A stretch of 36,939 nt of DNA, from UHGV virus genome UHGV-0114473. One strand, written 5' to 3'. Below the pieces are notes generated by a model that was not told the origin of the DNA, made no database searches, and was given only the letters and a program-made list of their open reading frames with translations. Positions 1-9,971 of the stretch are shown piece by piece; within the stretch, counting starts at the first letter, position 1; each line of letters begins with the position of its first letter. The position numbers and the translations under genes are program-made. This stretch comes from a virus.

Positions 1-49
1 AGCCCCCTCTCCTTAAGCTTTCGTATACGTATGCGGACGAATCTAAACG

Positions 50-2320
50 TTAATCTTCAGTCACATTATCCATAACTTTGAGGCACGCAACTAGACGATT
101 ATTGTTTCGTCTTTGCAATGCAGCCTCAAGGACTAAAGCCTCTTCATAACGGATACCATAACGTGAGCCTGCAGGAGTGACCAGAATATCTTCATATTCT
201 GGATCTGCCTCTTCTTCATACTCTTCTTCGACTTCTTGAAACTCTGTCTCGATGTACTCCTCTTCTACATCTTCAACTACAGGGACGCTCACGAATGGAT
301 TTTGCGCAAAAGGTGAACCATCTTCATTAAGAACAGGTATCATTTCCATTTTTGGAGTCTGATACTCTTCATTCACTACTCGTTTAATCCGTGTTCCGTC
401 TTCCAGTACCTCATCCTTTAATACCTGACGACTCTCAGTAACCATCACTGGTTTGCTTACAATTCGAGTTTTAGTAACCTGCACTGGAACTGTTGTTATG
501 CGAGTTTTAGTAACCATTACACCTTCGTTTGTCTGAACCTTAGTATATTGATCATCCCACTCGTCAAAGCAAAAGAATCCAAATCGGTGCACATCAAGCC
601 CATGACGTTCAAACGCCTCCTTTGCACGTTGAGCTATTACGCCAAAATGCCAACGAGCTCCGTCTTCTCCTTTTTCTTCTGTTCTGTCAAGATACTGAAA
701 TTGAACGAAGTCAACCTCTGACCATGCGTCAAGTATTGTGTCAGTGATTTCAAGAGGTGCAGTTTTAGCTCGCTCATCTGAAGTAACGGTAAAGGCTGTT
801 TGAGTGAATCCACCAGACCACACACGACCAGCAGTTCCGACCGTGCTATTACTGTTCTGTGAGTATGGTGTAATAGATGAGTCTACTCTCACAACCCCAT
901 CCCCCTTTGGAGATAGCCTCAAATCAATATCTGTGTCGCTTCCAGCAACGCCAACAGCAGGAGCATTAGATGCTGTCTGTGAGCGCATGGCTAGATAATT
1001 GGCAGGAACTGTAGGCCCAGACTCTATGGAAAATATAGGTAACCCAGACGATAATCGTGTAAATACTACGCCATTATCACTAAATAACATTCTGGTTGAT
1101 CTGGTTGCATCCTCCAAAACAGAGAGTATTTCAGAAGTTTTCTGATTTGAATTATTGTACCAAGTCATTGAGTGTCTATTACCAAAAGCAATTGCCACAC
1201 CTTGACCTGTTGATTCTCCGTCGGTTCCTTTAAGGCTATTGCTGCCAAATACGATGCCCTTCAGAAAGCGTGCTGTTTTCCCAGCAGTTTTGTCGTTAGC
1301 TATTATTCCAATTGCTGCCGATGCAGCATTCAACACTTCTCCAGCTTGGGTTAATTCACCACCTGAGCCTAACCATAATGCGTCAGTCTGACCGTTGGGG
1401 AACATTGAATTAGGATACAGTTCACGCTCATTCCCCCTGTTTGCTATATCAAGTTCAAGACCGTGACTTGCTCCGATTGTTCCTGCATTTCTTACAGTTG
1501 AACCATAAAGTGCCCATGCGCTAGACCTAACACCTGATGAATCATCGTTGTAAGCCATCCCGGCTACGGCAAGAGCAGCATTACCCGGTTCACCATCTCC
1601 AGTATGAGCAGATCCAAAAATTCCTATCCCATCTGGTGGGGCAATCCCAACATTTCTACAGTGTCGCTCTAAATAGAAATAAATATTTCCCCCTAGCCCT
1701 GCCATCCATGGCACTTGCCTTAACCAATACCCACCAATGAATGTAACATCCATTTCCATTTCCCACGATGTAAGTGGGTCTGAAACAATATCCTGACTTA
1801 ACAAATAAGTGCCAGCAGGAATATAAATTTTGCGCCTTGTCGCATTAGCCGCAAGAAAAGCTTCAGTAGAATCAACAACTCCTGTCGGGTCAGCACCTCC
1901 TGCAAAACCACTCCAAGTAACAGGCTTTGCTAATCCTCCGACAAATCCAGCTCCACCAGGACCCTCCAGTTCAGATCGCAGTTGATCAGGGTCATACTTC
2001 AGCACATTAGGAAAATAGAACTGCTGCGCACCATATGCATCATAAACAGCCATAGAATGACCTTGCACGGTAACGAATTTGGCAATCTGTCCGTTATATA
2101 CCGGATAACCAGCAGCGTTAATGATGATTGGTTGAGAAACAGGAACGTGAGAACCGTCTTCGTTCTCTACATAAACCTGAATCCGGTTTTCAGGATTTAC
2201 CGGGTCAGTGTCAATTTTACCGATATAAATTTTGCCATTGGCTACGGCTTTAAAAGAACGAGCCATAGTGAATAGTTGCGAAGGCATACTCACTACAACA
2301 TTAGCTGTAATGTCTGTCAT
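50..2320 (-). CDS. Tailspike/tail fibre: P22 gp9-like N-terminal head-binding domain, divergent receptor-binding domain, C-terminal intramolecular-chaperone-like region
   Basis: N-terminus [59 protein letters not shown] matches the P22 tailspike head-binding domain from memory. C-terminal region (…[27 protein letters not shown]…) resembles self-cleaving fibre chaperone domains, followed by TKTRIxxxPVxV repeats and an acidic tail. Confidence 0.85.
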   Translation of the reverse strand: MTDITANVVVSMPSQLFTMARSFKAVANGKIYIGKIDTDPVNPENRIQVYVENEDGSHVPVSQPIIINAAGYPVYNGQIAKFVTVQGHSMAVYDAYGAQQFYFPNVLKYDPDQLRSELEGPGGAGFVGGLAKPVTWSGFAGGADPTGVVDSTEAFLAANATRRKIYIPAGTYLLSQDIVSDPLTSWEMEMDVTFIGGYWLRQVPWMAGLGGNIYFYLERHCRNVGIAPPDGIGIFGSAHTGDGEPGNAALAVAGMAYNDDSSGVRSSAWALYGSTVRNAGTIGASHGLELDIANRGNERELYPNSMFPNGQTDALWLGSGGELTQAGEVLNAASAAIGIIANDKTAGKTARFLKGIVFGSNSLKGTDGESTGQGVAIAFGNRHSMTWYNNSNQKTSEILSVLEDATRSTRMLFSDNGVVFTRLSSGLPIFSIESGPTVPANYLAMRSQTASNAPAVGVAGSDTDIDLRLSPKGDGVVRVDSSITPYSQNSNSTVGTAGRVWSGGFTQTAFTVTSDERAKTAPLEITDTILDAWSEVDFVQFQYLDRTEEKGEDGARWHFGVIAQRAKEAFERHGLDVHRFGFFCFDEWDDQYTKVQTNEGVMVTKTRITTVPVQVTKTRIVSKPVMVTESRQVLKDEVLEDGTRIKRVVNEEYQTPKMEMIPVLNEDGSPFAQNPFVSVPVVEDVEEEYIETEFQEVEEEYEEEADPEYEDILVTPAGSRYGIRYEEALVLEAALQRRNNNRLVACLKVMDNVTED

Positions 2321-2378
2321 TTAATTTGCTCCAGATACAAGGAATCGCCGCAGCATGGCTACGGTGAATTTTGGGCAT

Positions 2379-2401
2379 AAAAAAACCCAGCCGAAGCTGG
2401 G
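2379..2401 (-). terminator. Rho-independent terminator downstream of ant
   Basis: On the minus strand: CCCAGC-TTCG-GCTGGG stem-loop followed by TTTTTTT, 20 nt after the ant stop. Confidence 0.6.
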
Positions 2402-2420
2402 TTGTCGCGTTGGTTATCTG

Positions 2421-3323
2421 TCAGTAGTTATGTACTGAAGGAGGTAATTCTTTATTCTTAAGTCTCATCCATGCGGAAAGATTCGTTGGTCCGTCTGGCT
2501 CATTAATATCAACATCTCTTGTGTGATTGATTAAAACGTCTCTCGCCATTCCGATAACATACGAGAATTCATGACCGTAGTCGTAGCATCTGCCGGAATA
2601 GTTCGATTGAATTTGTTTTAATGCCGGATACAGTTCACGGAATAATGCCTGTGAGCGGTTGGCATAATCCCATAACCATACAAGGCTGTTTGCTTCTTTC
2701 GCAGAAAGCTCGTTGGTTTTCTTCTCTTGTTTGCCAATGAACTCACCTTCAAGCACTACCCTGTGGATGTACTCTACGGCTTGCGGTATCTGAGATGCAT
2801 CAAGCTCTTCAATACTGTCCACATTGAAACGCTGATGAATCATTGCATAAGCTTCTGGGTACATTAGATGCTTTTTGCTGACTAGCATATTTACAGCATC
2901 ACGAAGCGGAGTCCTGTCATCAACAGATGTTTTCTTACGTGCATTTTCTTCCTTTCCCTTTGTCCAGTAGTCATGCAGCACAGTAAAGCATTCTTCCTGG
3001 TACTGAATAAGTTTATCGCGGATGTCAGCACGAACTTTCTCAGGGTTGATGCTGAACAGCCACCCATTTAACTTCTTCAAAGGAAGGCAGAGTAACTTAC
3101 GAAGCTTCCCATCAGCGGCAACCATGTTCATATGAACACAGTTGAATTTGCTAATCTGCTTCATGAGTTTTGTTTGCTGCGTTGACCAGCTCATTCCAAG
3201 GTTTTCAACGATTGGCTTCATCGCAACATATGCAACTCCGACAGCCATGGCGGTGATAATTTGCTGACCGTTGAATGGTACGTAAGAGGTGTTCACTGCT
3301 TCTAAAATTGCTATACTATTCAT
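2421..3323 (-). CDS. ant: Antirepressor Ant (P22 immI type)
   Basis: Translation from [21 protein letters not shown]… gives 300 aa, the size of P22 Ant. GGAG Shine-Dalgarno 11 nt upstream; synteny arc-ant-tailspike. The ORF track starts 22 codons earlier at 3389. Confidence 0.8.
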   Translation of the reverse strand: MNSIAILEAVNTSYVPFNGQQIITAMAVGVAYVAMKPIVENLGMSWSTQQTKLMKQISKFNCVHMNMVAADGKLRKLLCLPLKKLNGWLFSINPEKVRADIRDKLIQYQEECFTVLHDYWTKGKEENARKKTSVDDRTPLRDAVNMLVSKKHLMYPEAYAMIHQRFNVDSIEELDASQIPQAVEYIHRVVLEGEFIGKQEKKTNELSAKEANSLVWLWDYANRSQALFRELYPALKQIQSNYSGRCYDYGHEFSYVIGMARDVLINHTRDVDINEPDGPTNLSAWMRLKNKELPPSVHNY

Positions 3324-3385
3324 GTTGGTTTTTCTCCACGGATTTACTGACAACCGAAGCCCTGACTGTTCCCGCAGTTGGGGCT

Positions 3386-3607
3386 TCACTGTTTTTGTAA
3401 GTCACTGTAGCTATAAAGCCACTGACCACTCATTTTTGATTTGATTGACTCTACTGAATCACGGCAAGGAATGATTCCACCTGACATCATTCTGATCTCC
3501 GTAAATTCACCACTCCTTATCGACTCAATGCCATTAACGTTAACTAAAGATTTACCTCTACCAAGTGCATTCTCATAGCCAATCTCATCAACCTCGATAA
3601 ACTTCAT
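3386..3607 (-). CDS. Hypothetical 73-aa protein between arc and ant
   Basis: ORF whose ATG overlaps the arc stop (ATGA), suggesting translational coupling. No recognisable motif; P22 has no gene at this spot. Confidence 0.4.
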   Translation of the reverse strand: MKFIEVDEIGYENALGRGKSLVNVNGIESIRSGEFTEIRMMSGGIIPCRDSVESIKSKMSGQWLYSYSDLQKQ

Positions 3608-3756
3608 ACCGTTATCCCCTCTCTCTTCAGGCTGTCCAGCAATCGCTTAATCACTTCCGAGTTAAACGACCGGCATTCTTCTTTGGCCTTTCCTGTAATC
3701 GCATCTTTTAGCGACTGAGGCATTCTCACCAAAATTCTGCTAACTTCTTTTTCCAT
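3604..3756 (-). CDS. arc: Arc-like ribbon-helix-helix repressor
   Basis: [50 protein letters not shown], 50 aa. RHH pattern (…R.P…NGRS.NSE… equivalent) like P22 Arc. The second in-frame ATG is chosen because the predicted -10 overlaps the first. Confidence 0.75.
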   Translation of the reverse strand: MEKEVSRILVRMPQSLKDAITGKAKEECRSFNSEVIKRLLDSLKREGITV

Positions 3757-3865
3757 ATCGCCACCACGTGAGTTATTGTGAATCACAAACATATCACCGT
3801 GACTATATCAAGTCAAAATTTTTTTGAATACACTGTGATATCAATGTGATTATCACGGTGTAAGT
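3757..3865. promoter_or_regulatory. Divergent Pant/Pmnt control region with operator palindromes
   Basis: TTGACT -35 for the arc/ant promoter (rc of 3811..3816). Inverted repeats CACCGTGA (3795..3802) / TCACGGTG (3853..3860), GTGATA…TATCAC (3835..3856) and the palindrome TGATATCA. Confidence 0.5.
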
Positions 3866-4120
3866 ATGACGAAGGTTAGAGACATAGCCCCATATAGCGT
3901 AAGAATGCCAGATAGCCTCAAGCGCGACCTGACCATAAGAGCATCGAAAAACGGACGCTCATTAAATTCAGAAATAGTTATGATCTTGCAAGCTGCTATT
4001 GATGAAGAAAAATCACCAAGATCAATAGAAGGTTTTGCTCAACAAGAATCTGAAAAATTTAGGGAGGCTCTTCTTAAGACTCTCAGCAGCATGTACGGAG
4101 AAGATAAAAAACCCACCTGA
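3866..4120 (+). CDS. mnt: Mnt-like ribbon-helix-helix repressor
   Basis: MTKVRDIAPYSVRMPDSLKRDLTIRASKNGRSLNSEIVMILQAAIDEE…; RHH N-terminal motif and size (84 aa) match P22 Mnt (82 aa). Divergent from arc/ant. Confidence 0.8.
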   Translation: MTKVRDIAPYSVRMPDSLKRDLTIRASKNGRSLNSEIVMILQAAIDEEKSPRSIEGFAQQESEKFREALLKTLSSMYGEDKKPT

Positions 4121-4134
4121 CGGTGGGTTTTATT
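4106..4134. terminator. Bidirectional rho-independent terminator between mnt and the accessory cassette
   Basis: AAAAAA-CCCACC-TGAC-GGTGGG-TTTTATT: a GC stem flanked by an A-run and a T-run, so it can terminate both convergent transcripts. Confidence 0.6.
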
Positions 4135-4552
4135 AGTGCTTGTATAGGTTGAACTCTCTATCAAGCCATATAACAAAAAATGTCGATCCAAGACGATAAC
4201 CAACCATGGCTTTCAAATCATCAAATCTAAAAGCCAAGAAATGATCTACGTCTTCCGTTATATGACTGGGGATACCTGCTTTAATTGCACCCCTTGCAAT
4301 CTTCTCAAATCCAAGCTTATGCCTACCTTGCTGCTTAATATCTGCCCATGTTAGTTGACTTAATCTGTATAATTTATCAGCTAAGCCAGCTTTCTCATCT
4401 TTTTGGCATTTCGTTATGCAGTGAGAGCTTTGGATGTAACAGAATGAAAATTTCGGTTTCTTTTGATCTGAATTCCCCCCTGACTGCGGCCCTAACTTTA
4501 ACTTACCTGTAGATTCAGCAGGGGGGATAATCCTTTTAGATTTTCTTGCCAT
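4133..4552 (-). CDS. Hypothetical 139-aa protein, partner of the Panacea-domain gene (candidate toxin/effector)
   Basis: Start MARKSKRIIPPAESTG… lies 4 nt after the upstream gene's stop. Basic, low-complexity N-terminus; C-terminus …DHFLAFRFDDLKAMVGYRLGSTFFVIWLDREFNLYKH. No family recognised. Confidence 0.5.
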   Translation of the reverse strand: MARKSKRIIPPAESTGKLKLGPQSGGNSDQKKPKFSFCYIQSSHCITKCQKDEKAGLADKLYRLSQLTWADIKQQGRHKLGFEKIARGAIKAGIPSHITEDVDHFLAFRFDDLKAMVGYRLGSTFFVIWLDREFNLYKH

Positions 4553-4556
4553 CTCG

Positions 4557-5006
4557 TTAGTTAATCCGAGTTGCAAAGTACTCTGCCATCTCCTTAGAAC
4601 TAATTTCAGAACCACCAACACCCTCAATATAGTTTGATCTCCATGGTGACTCTTCGTGTGTCATGTTCCTCAGTTTCCAGGCAGAAAATTGCCCAAAAAC
4701 ATCCCAGACTTCTTCTAATAGCTCTAACTGTTCTTCGCTGAATTTTTCAGCATCAAAAGACTCTGGAGAAGGGATAGCACCATTACCATATTGTTTATAA
4801 CGGTGATAAAGCTCAGGGACAACAGGGCCATGCATCCAAGCTTCCATCTTATTCTGAAAAAGAGGCTCGCCAAGCAACGCCAATGAAAAACCCTGAGCAT
4901 AGTAAACAAGCTTTTGTAATTTTAAATTAGAGATTGCGTCACCGCTATCCTCGTCACACCGCGACAGGAAGTAGTCGGCGACATCAAAACAAGTAAGCAT
5001 GAACAC
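4557..5006 (-). CDS. Panacea/DUF4065 (SocA/GepA-like) domain protein, putative antitoxin
   Basis: Motifs LKLQKLVYYAQGFSLALLGEPLF…EAWMHGPVVPELYHRY…THEESPW typical of PF13274 (recalled, not searched). GGAGG Shine-Dalgarno 8 nt upstream of the ATG. Confidence 0.7.
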   Translation of the reverse strand: MFMLTCFDVADYFLSRCDEDSGDAISNLKLQKLVYYAQGFSLALLGEPLFQNKMEAWMHGPVVPELYHRYKQYGNGAIPSPESFDAEKFSEEQLELLEEVWDVFGQFSAWKLRNMTHEESPWRSNYIEGVGGSEISSKEMAEYFATRIN

Positions 5007-5374
5007 ACCTCCATCTTGATAGCCACAGCTAAGTATCCAACTATGTCAAATGTCATTTAATACTATAACAAAGCTATCAGCAATCCTTCGGAGGCTAACT
5101 TACAACCACTTTAGCGACATGTTTAAACCATTACGTTTCACATTTACTGCATTTTCGCCGAAGTTACCTATAAGGTAATGTCACATTTCCTGCAAGTTTC
5201 ATGCAATGTTGAAAAGTGAGCTATTCACTTTTCTATGACACCAAACACCAAAAATAGCACTTTTTGCTAAATCATTCGTCCAAGTTGTGGATGGTTTGTC
5301 GTTGACACGTTTTCACACACCACTCCACCAATAAAGTATCATCTGGTATCCTGAGCAAAACTAAGGAGGTTGGT

Positions 5375-5563
5375 GTGAAGAAAAAATTTGTAAACGTTGC
5401 AAAGTGCGCAATTTTTATATTTTTTATGACCTTTTACGGATTTAGTGCCGGAGAAGGTTTCGATCGTGATGCCAATGCATTCAGTTTCTTTTGTCTGTCT
5501 ATAGTGGTCATAATTGTATGGGTGGAATTAAAGCAAACATTGTTTCATGTGCTAGGGAAATAA
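5375..5563 (+). CDS. Small hydrophobic (2-TM-like) 62-aa protein
   Basis: GTG start preceded by a strong AAGGAGG Shine-Dalgarno at 5-nt spacing. Two hydrophobic segments (AIFIFFMTFYGF, FFCLSIVVIIVWV). Convergent with the ejection-protein gene. Confidence 0.4.
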   Translation: MKKKFVNVAKCAIFIFFMTFYGFSAGEGFDRDANAFSFFCLSIVVIIVWVELKQTLFHVLGK

Positions 5564-5580
5564 CCATCCATGGCATTTAG

Positions 5581-7446
5581 TCACTGCTGTGTTGCCTCAG
5601 TGGCAAGCAGCGGTCTGATGGCATTTGCAGCGTTACTTAATGCTCTTTCATAGGCTGGCGTTCCTGCTTTGGTGTTTGCCAGACGTAAGAGCGCATTCCT
5701 GGCCATAGGGCTTTCATAAACCCTCGACATAAGGCCAATCCCTGTTTCCCCAGCCAATAGCGCGCCTCCGGTTTTTAGGTTACCAATAACCCTTACCAAA
5801 GGCGAGAGTGTCATGCCAGTCTTCGTCACAACATTAGCCTCAGATGCTCTTTTGGTAGCATCGAGAATAGATAACATCCCCTCTATCTCTTTTCCGTTCT
5901 TCCCACCAAATACAGTTTTAAACACCTGACCATTTGCTTGTTTTTGCAGCTTGCCAAGCTCGGTCATCATTTTCTGAGGGCTGTCACCTACCTTGTCAGC
6001 TATTTTGCTGATATATGCCGCCCTTAGCATGTCTTTACCTTTTTGATCGAGTTTCCCGTACAATCGAGCTATATCTGACCCATATTGTCCATACACAATG
6101 GTATTTACAGCCTCGGGAGTTAAATCTCCTTTGTTTAGAACGTTTTTAAGGCGCGTTTGAGTTGCATGTGTTGCCATTTTTGCATAATCAGCTTTTCCCG
6201 CTCTCCATGCTGAAGCATCTTTTGGGCTAAGTCCTTTCGCTATAGATTTACTAAGGCTATTGGTTAGCGAGTTATAGACCCTGTCGACCATTGTTTGCGA
6301 CATTGATGGCAGAACTGTACGATCGCCTTTTACGTCAATGCGGAACTGAGTTCTCAGCTTATCAAGTAACTCAAAGGCATCATCTCCATTTGTTATCTCC
6401 TGAATGGCATTCTTATAATCATTAAGCGCAGAAATGGTCTGGGTGTCAGAAACACCTTTAAGTTTCCCAAGTTCGTTTACTGCTCCGTCGATAGCTCTTA
6501 TGGCGCCACTTGTATCAACTGGCTTTCCAACCATTCTTCCTGACAGGCTGTTTAGTTTTGACTTGGCTAACGATTTTTCCCTTGCAACGCCTGACTTTAG
6601 ACTATCAACGACTACAGATGGATCGTAGTCGCCGTATTTTTCGGTGAAGCGATTAACAAGCTTGGTTCTGGCATCCTGCTGTGCGGCTCTCATTGGTCCA
6701 GTACCAGCTATGACTCCTTCTGAGTAACCCTGCAGTTGATTGCCAAGTTTTGTTTTTGGAGGAACTACATCCGATGTCATAACTGGTACATCTGCCGCAG
6801 CGGCACGCTTGAGCAATTGCTGATCTGCTGGTGATATTTCGCCACGAACAGCAGTAATTCCACGCCCTATTCCCTTTGCTGCTGCGGAAAGAACCCCCTG
6901 AGCGGCAAGGTTAACTCCGGCATTTTTAGCTGCATTTTGTGCGAAATCGCCTTTCTGATTTGCGGCCTCTGCCAGTGATCCAATAGCCATGCTTCCTGCC
7001 GTTCCAACTCCTGGAACTAAATACCCGCCAATTGTTTCTCCAGCTTGCGCATAAGGGTCTGTTGGTCGATCTACTGGACGATAGACATCGTCCAAAACCT
7101 TGGGGCCACCAAGCCCCTGGCTGATTGCATTAATCAGACTTGCGCCACCCTGCAATACGTCAAATGGTATGTTTACCAGACCGCGACCAGCCTGCTCTGC
7201 AATTTGCCCTGCACTTTGACCACCAGTGAGCCAATCGCCAGCTTGTTGCATCAATGATGGTTCTTCTTTCTGCTGCTGAGGCGGAGGGTATGCTGCATAA
7301 AACTGATCTCTTGCTTCAGCCCATTTGTCACCAGCCTTAGGGGCAACAACCTCATCAAAATATTGCGCTTGAGCCTGTGCTTTCTGTTCTTCAGTTAACG
7401 CCTGATACTGTGGAGAGGCGATAACATCTTTCCATGCTTTAGCCAT
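5581..7446 (-). CDS. Ejection (DNA-transfer) protein, P22 gp16-like
   Basis: 621 aa at the gp16 position, last of the gp7/gp20/gp16 trio. Ala/Gly-rich with coiled-coil-like composition. Confidence 0.75.
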   Translation of the reverse strand: MAKAWKDVIASPQYQALTEEQKAQAQAQYFDEVVAPKAGDKWAEARDQFYAAYPPPQQQKEEPSLMQQAGDWLTGGQSAGQIAEQAGRGLVNIPFDVLQGGASLINAISQGLGGPKVLDDVYRPVDRPTDPYAQAGETIGGYLVPGVGTAGSMAIGSLAEAANQKGDFAQNAAKNAGVNLAAQGVLSAAAKGIGRGITAVRGEISPADQQLLKRAAAADVPVMTSDVVPPKTKLGNQLQGYSEGVIAGTGPMRAAQQDARTKLVNRFTEKYGDYDPSVVVDSLKSGVAREKSLAKSKLNSLSGRMVGKPVDTSGAIRAIDGAVNELGKLKGVSDTQTISALNDYKNAIQEITNGDDAFELLDKLRTQFRIDVKGDRTVLPSMSQTMVDRVYNSLTNSLSKSIAKGLSPKDASAWRAGKADYAKMATHATQTRLKNVLNKGDLTPEAVNTIVYGQYGSDIARLYGKLDQKGKDMLRAAYISKIADKVGDSPQKMMTELGKLQKQANGQVFKTVFGGKNGKEIEGMLSILDATKRASEANVVTKTGMTLSPLVRVIGNLKTGGALLAGETGIGLMSRVYESPMARNALLRLANTKAGTPAYERALSNAANAIRPLLATEATQQ

Positions 7447-8810
7447 TAATCACCCCATAGTGAAGAAAAGTTACTGCTGGCTGCTGGCTGTGATACCTGT
7501 GTAGGTTGAGATTGCTGCCGCTGAGATTTACCAACATTAACGTTATATTGTTGGTTGTAATTGTCGGTATATTGCTGAATGTCGCGCATTGATTGTTGCA
7601 GTGCTTCAGGGCTTGAGAAATCAACCTGTGGCATACCTTGAAAATACATCTTTGCTTCTGCAACGGTGTTGATACCGGATGCCCCCATGTCTCTGGCTGC
7701 TGCAATGCCCTGATTCTGCATCTTTCCTTGGATTCGCTGTGCAGCGTTGTATAGTTTCCTCTGATCACCACCAGATGCACGGCTACGAATATCTGCACCA
7801 AGAGCAGGAGAACCTGAAGAGCCTGTAATGCCAGTCATGAAGCCAAGATCGTCAATTGATGCACCAGAAATTGCATCAAGATCTTTCTTCATTGCGTAAT
7901 TCTGCGCGCTTGCTGCCGATGTAGCCGGAGCAGCAATAGAGCCAGCAGGAACGCGAACCATGTTCCCCTCATTGTCTATTCCTTCGTAGAACGCGTTAGC
8001 ACCTGCACCATGAAGCTTCCCGCCTACGGTTACAGTTCTTCCGTCTGCTAGTTGAACTGTGCGCTCATTATTACCAACGGCCCCTTTCATTGATGCTCTC
8101 TGCATCGCTAAATCCTGACCTCTCCGTGCAGTAGCAGCAGATAAATCCTGACCGCGCATCGTGATATCCTGACCACGAGCAGTTAACTGATTTCTTTCTC
8201 CTTCAAGTCGACGCCCCTCCATTCGATCTTTGATATCGAAGTACTTCTCATGACCGAGAGAAAATAGTGCCAGATTACCTGCAAAGTGCTGGAAGCCCTG
8301 CGGGTCATTAACCTGCATTTCAGCAATAGTTTCTGGAGGGATACCTAAACGACGCATCTCCTTTTCGTTATCCATCATGAACCTGCCAAATGCACCCGAG
8401 CCAAGCGACGAAGCTACCTGAGCCTTGAGCGCCAGATTGCCAAAATCATCCCGCTGGGCGTCATCGACATAGCCCATTCCTTTACGGACTTCCTCAAACT
8501 CTTCAGGGAATGCTGTAATAAGATTACGCATCTGCTCCCTGTCGCCGGACGCATAAGCATCTGCATAACCTTTCTGGAATGCAGCTTTACGCTCCTGCTG
8601 TTGCTGCTGCTTATAAATATCAGCAACTCCAGCCAGACCACGTAACGCGGTCAGACCAACGTTATTTGCACCTGATCGAGCCAGTTCATTGTTTTCGCGG
8701 ATCAGACCAAGCGTTGCGTTAATGTCGCTTGCCTTTGGCGCATTCTCATTTTGCGCACCGATGCCAGCAAGAAACCCACCAGAATTAATACCCTGTTGCC
8801 ACGTAGCCAT
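7446..8810 (-). CDS. Ejection protein, P22 gp20-like
   Basis: 454 aa by synteny and size (P22 gp20 about 470 aa). Overlapping start/stop with neighbours. Confidence 0.75.
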   Translation of the reverse strand: MATWQQGINSGGFLAGIGAQNENAPKASDINATLGLIRENNELARSGANNVGLTALRGLAGVADIYKQQQQQERKAAFQKGYADAYASGDREQMRNLITAFPEEFEEVRKGMGYVDDAQRDDFGNLALKAQVASSLGSGAFGRFMMDNEKEMRRLGIPPETIAEMQVNDPQGFQHFAGNLALFSLGHEKYFDIKDRMEGRRLEGERNQLTARGQDITMRGQDLSAATARRGQDLAMQRASMKGAVGNNERTVQLADGRTVTVGGKLHGAGANAFYEGIDNEGNMVRVPAGSIAAPATSAASAQNYAMKKDLDAISGASIDDLGFMTGITGSSGSPALGADIRSRASGGDQRKLYNAAQRIQGKMQNQGIAAARDMGASGINTVAEAKMYFQGMPQVDFSSPEALQQSMRDIQQYTDNYNQQYNVNVGKSQRQQSQPTQVSQPAASSNFSSLWGD

Positions 8811-8820
8811 TGATTACCCC

Positions 8821-9513
8821 TTAAAACAACGAGCCAAGCAGACCAAGACCAGCACCGATACCAGCACCCCACGGAGTTGATAGCTCGAGAGCACTGGCTA
8901 TGCCACCACCCAAAAGCGCACCGGATGCAGCACCACTAACCCCCTGCTGCAATGCTGACGGTCGGTTGGCATTTGCCGCTGCAAGAGCCGCACTTTGCTG
9001 CGAAATCTGACTCATGTTGTTGGCATATGTCTGCCCTGCGTTTGCCTGACCTTGCAGTGCGCCAAGACCAATATTTGCCAGATTCTGGTAGTTGTTCATC
9101 TGACCAGACAGCCACTGCTGACCAAGCGTTGGTGCGATTGTTGCTAACTGATTACCGGTTGCAGTGGAACCCAATCCACCTGTTGCTTCCGCTGCAGCCA
9201 GACTCTGATAGCGAGCCTGACCAGCAAGATCTTTGTACTGCTGAGAGTTGTAATACTGGTTAAGTGCCTGGCCTTGCCCCTCCAGAGACGATAAGTTCTC
9301 GAGGCTGCCGACATACTTCTCAGCCAGAGGAGTAAACGGCTTCAGGTTATTCATGATGGTGTTGAACTGCTGATTTTGCAGGTCTGCGGCATACTTCTGA
9401 GCTTCTGCTGCATACTTTGCGCTTTTATCAGAACTGCCACCTTTCCCACCCTTTTCAGGGCAATAAGGTTCCTCGCCGCGCAGTTTTCTGCCCAGCTTAA
9501 ATGCATATAACAT
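8821..9513 (-). CDS. Ejection protein, P22 gp7-like
   Basis: 230 aa (P22 gp7 about 229 aa). Gln/Ala-rich with a Gly-rich hydrophobic C-terminus. Confidence 0.7.
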   Translation of the reverse strand: MLYAFKLGRKLRGEEPYCPEKGGKGGSSDKSAKYAAEAQKYAADLQNQQFNTIMNNLKPFTPLAEKYVGSLENLSSLEGQGQALNQYYNSQQYKDLAGQARYQSLAAAEATGGLGSTATGNQLATIAPTLGQQWLSGQMNNYQNLANIGLGALQGQANAGQTYANNMSQISQQSAALAAANANRPSALQQGVSGAASGALLGGGIASALELSTPWGAGIGAGLGLLGSLF

Positions 9514-9515
9514 GG

Positions 9516-9971
9516 CTATCTCCCGTGATTCAGGAAGTCGATTAGTTCTTCGCGTGTGGCGCTATAAAACGTCACGTCATCCACGCCTTTGAAGTATTTC
9601 TTGATGGTTCCTACACGCTTAAGGCCAATCATTGCGCAGTACATCTGCCCGTGGCGGAATTTGCGCGCAGCGAACGATGTGACACACTGAACAGTGGTGT
9701 TAGTCAGAATGTATCGCCAGAACTCCAGTCCGATTTCCTTGCTGAATCCACGAACCTCTGGCAGGTACATGGCGTGGCAATCGAATGTAAGCGGCTGAAT
9801 CTCCTGATAGTAAACAATGCCGCCGAACTGCCCGTGCACGTTCACCTCAAAGTAACGGCATTCAGGTTTGTAGTCGTATCCATCACCGTTGTTGCTCCCG
9901 GCAATAATGTCAGGGTGATTTCCTACTGCTTCTATCAGGTCGATGTTTCGCGTTGGTTTGAATGTAATCAT
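9516..9971 (-). CDS. gp14-like virion/head-assembly protein (call by position)
   Basis: 151-aa ORF between the tail-needle and gp7-like genes, where P22 gene 14 sits. Confidence 0.5.
   Translation of the reverse strand: MITFKPTRNIDLIEAVGNHPDIIAGSNNGDGYDYKPECRYFEVNVHGQFGGIVYYQEIQPLTFDCHAMYLPEVRGFSKEIGLEFWRYILTNTTVQCVTSFAARKFRHGQMYCAMIGLKRVGTIKKYFKGVDDVTFYSATREELIDFLNHGR

Noticed and set aside
637-998. Two short ORFs (62 and 64 aa) within the tailspike region
   Set aside because: Embedded in or antisense to the tailspike CDS; likely chance ORFs.
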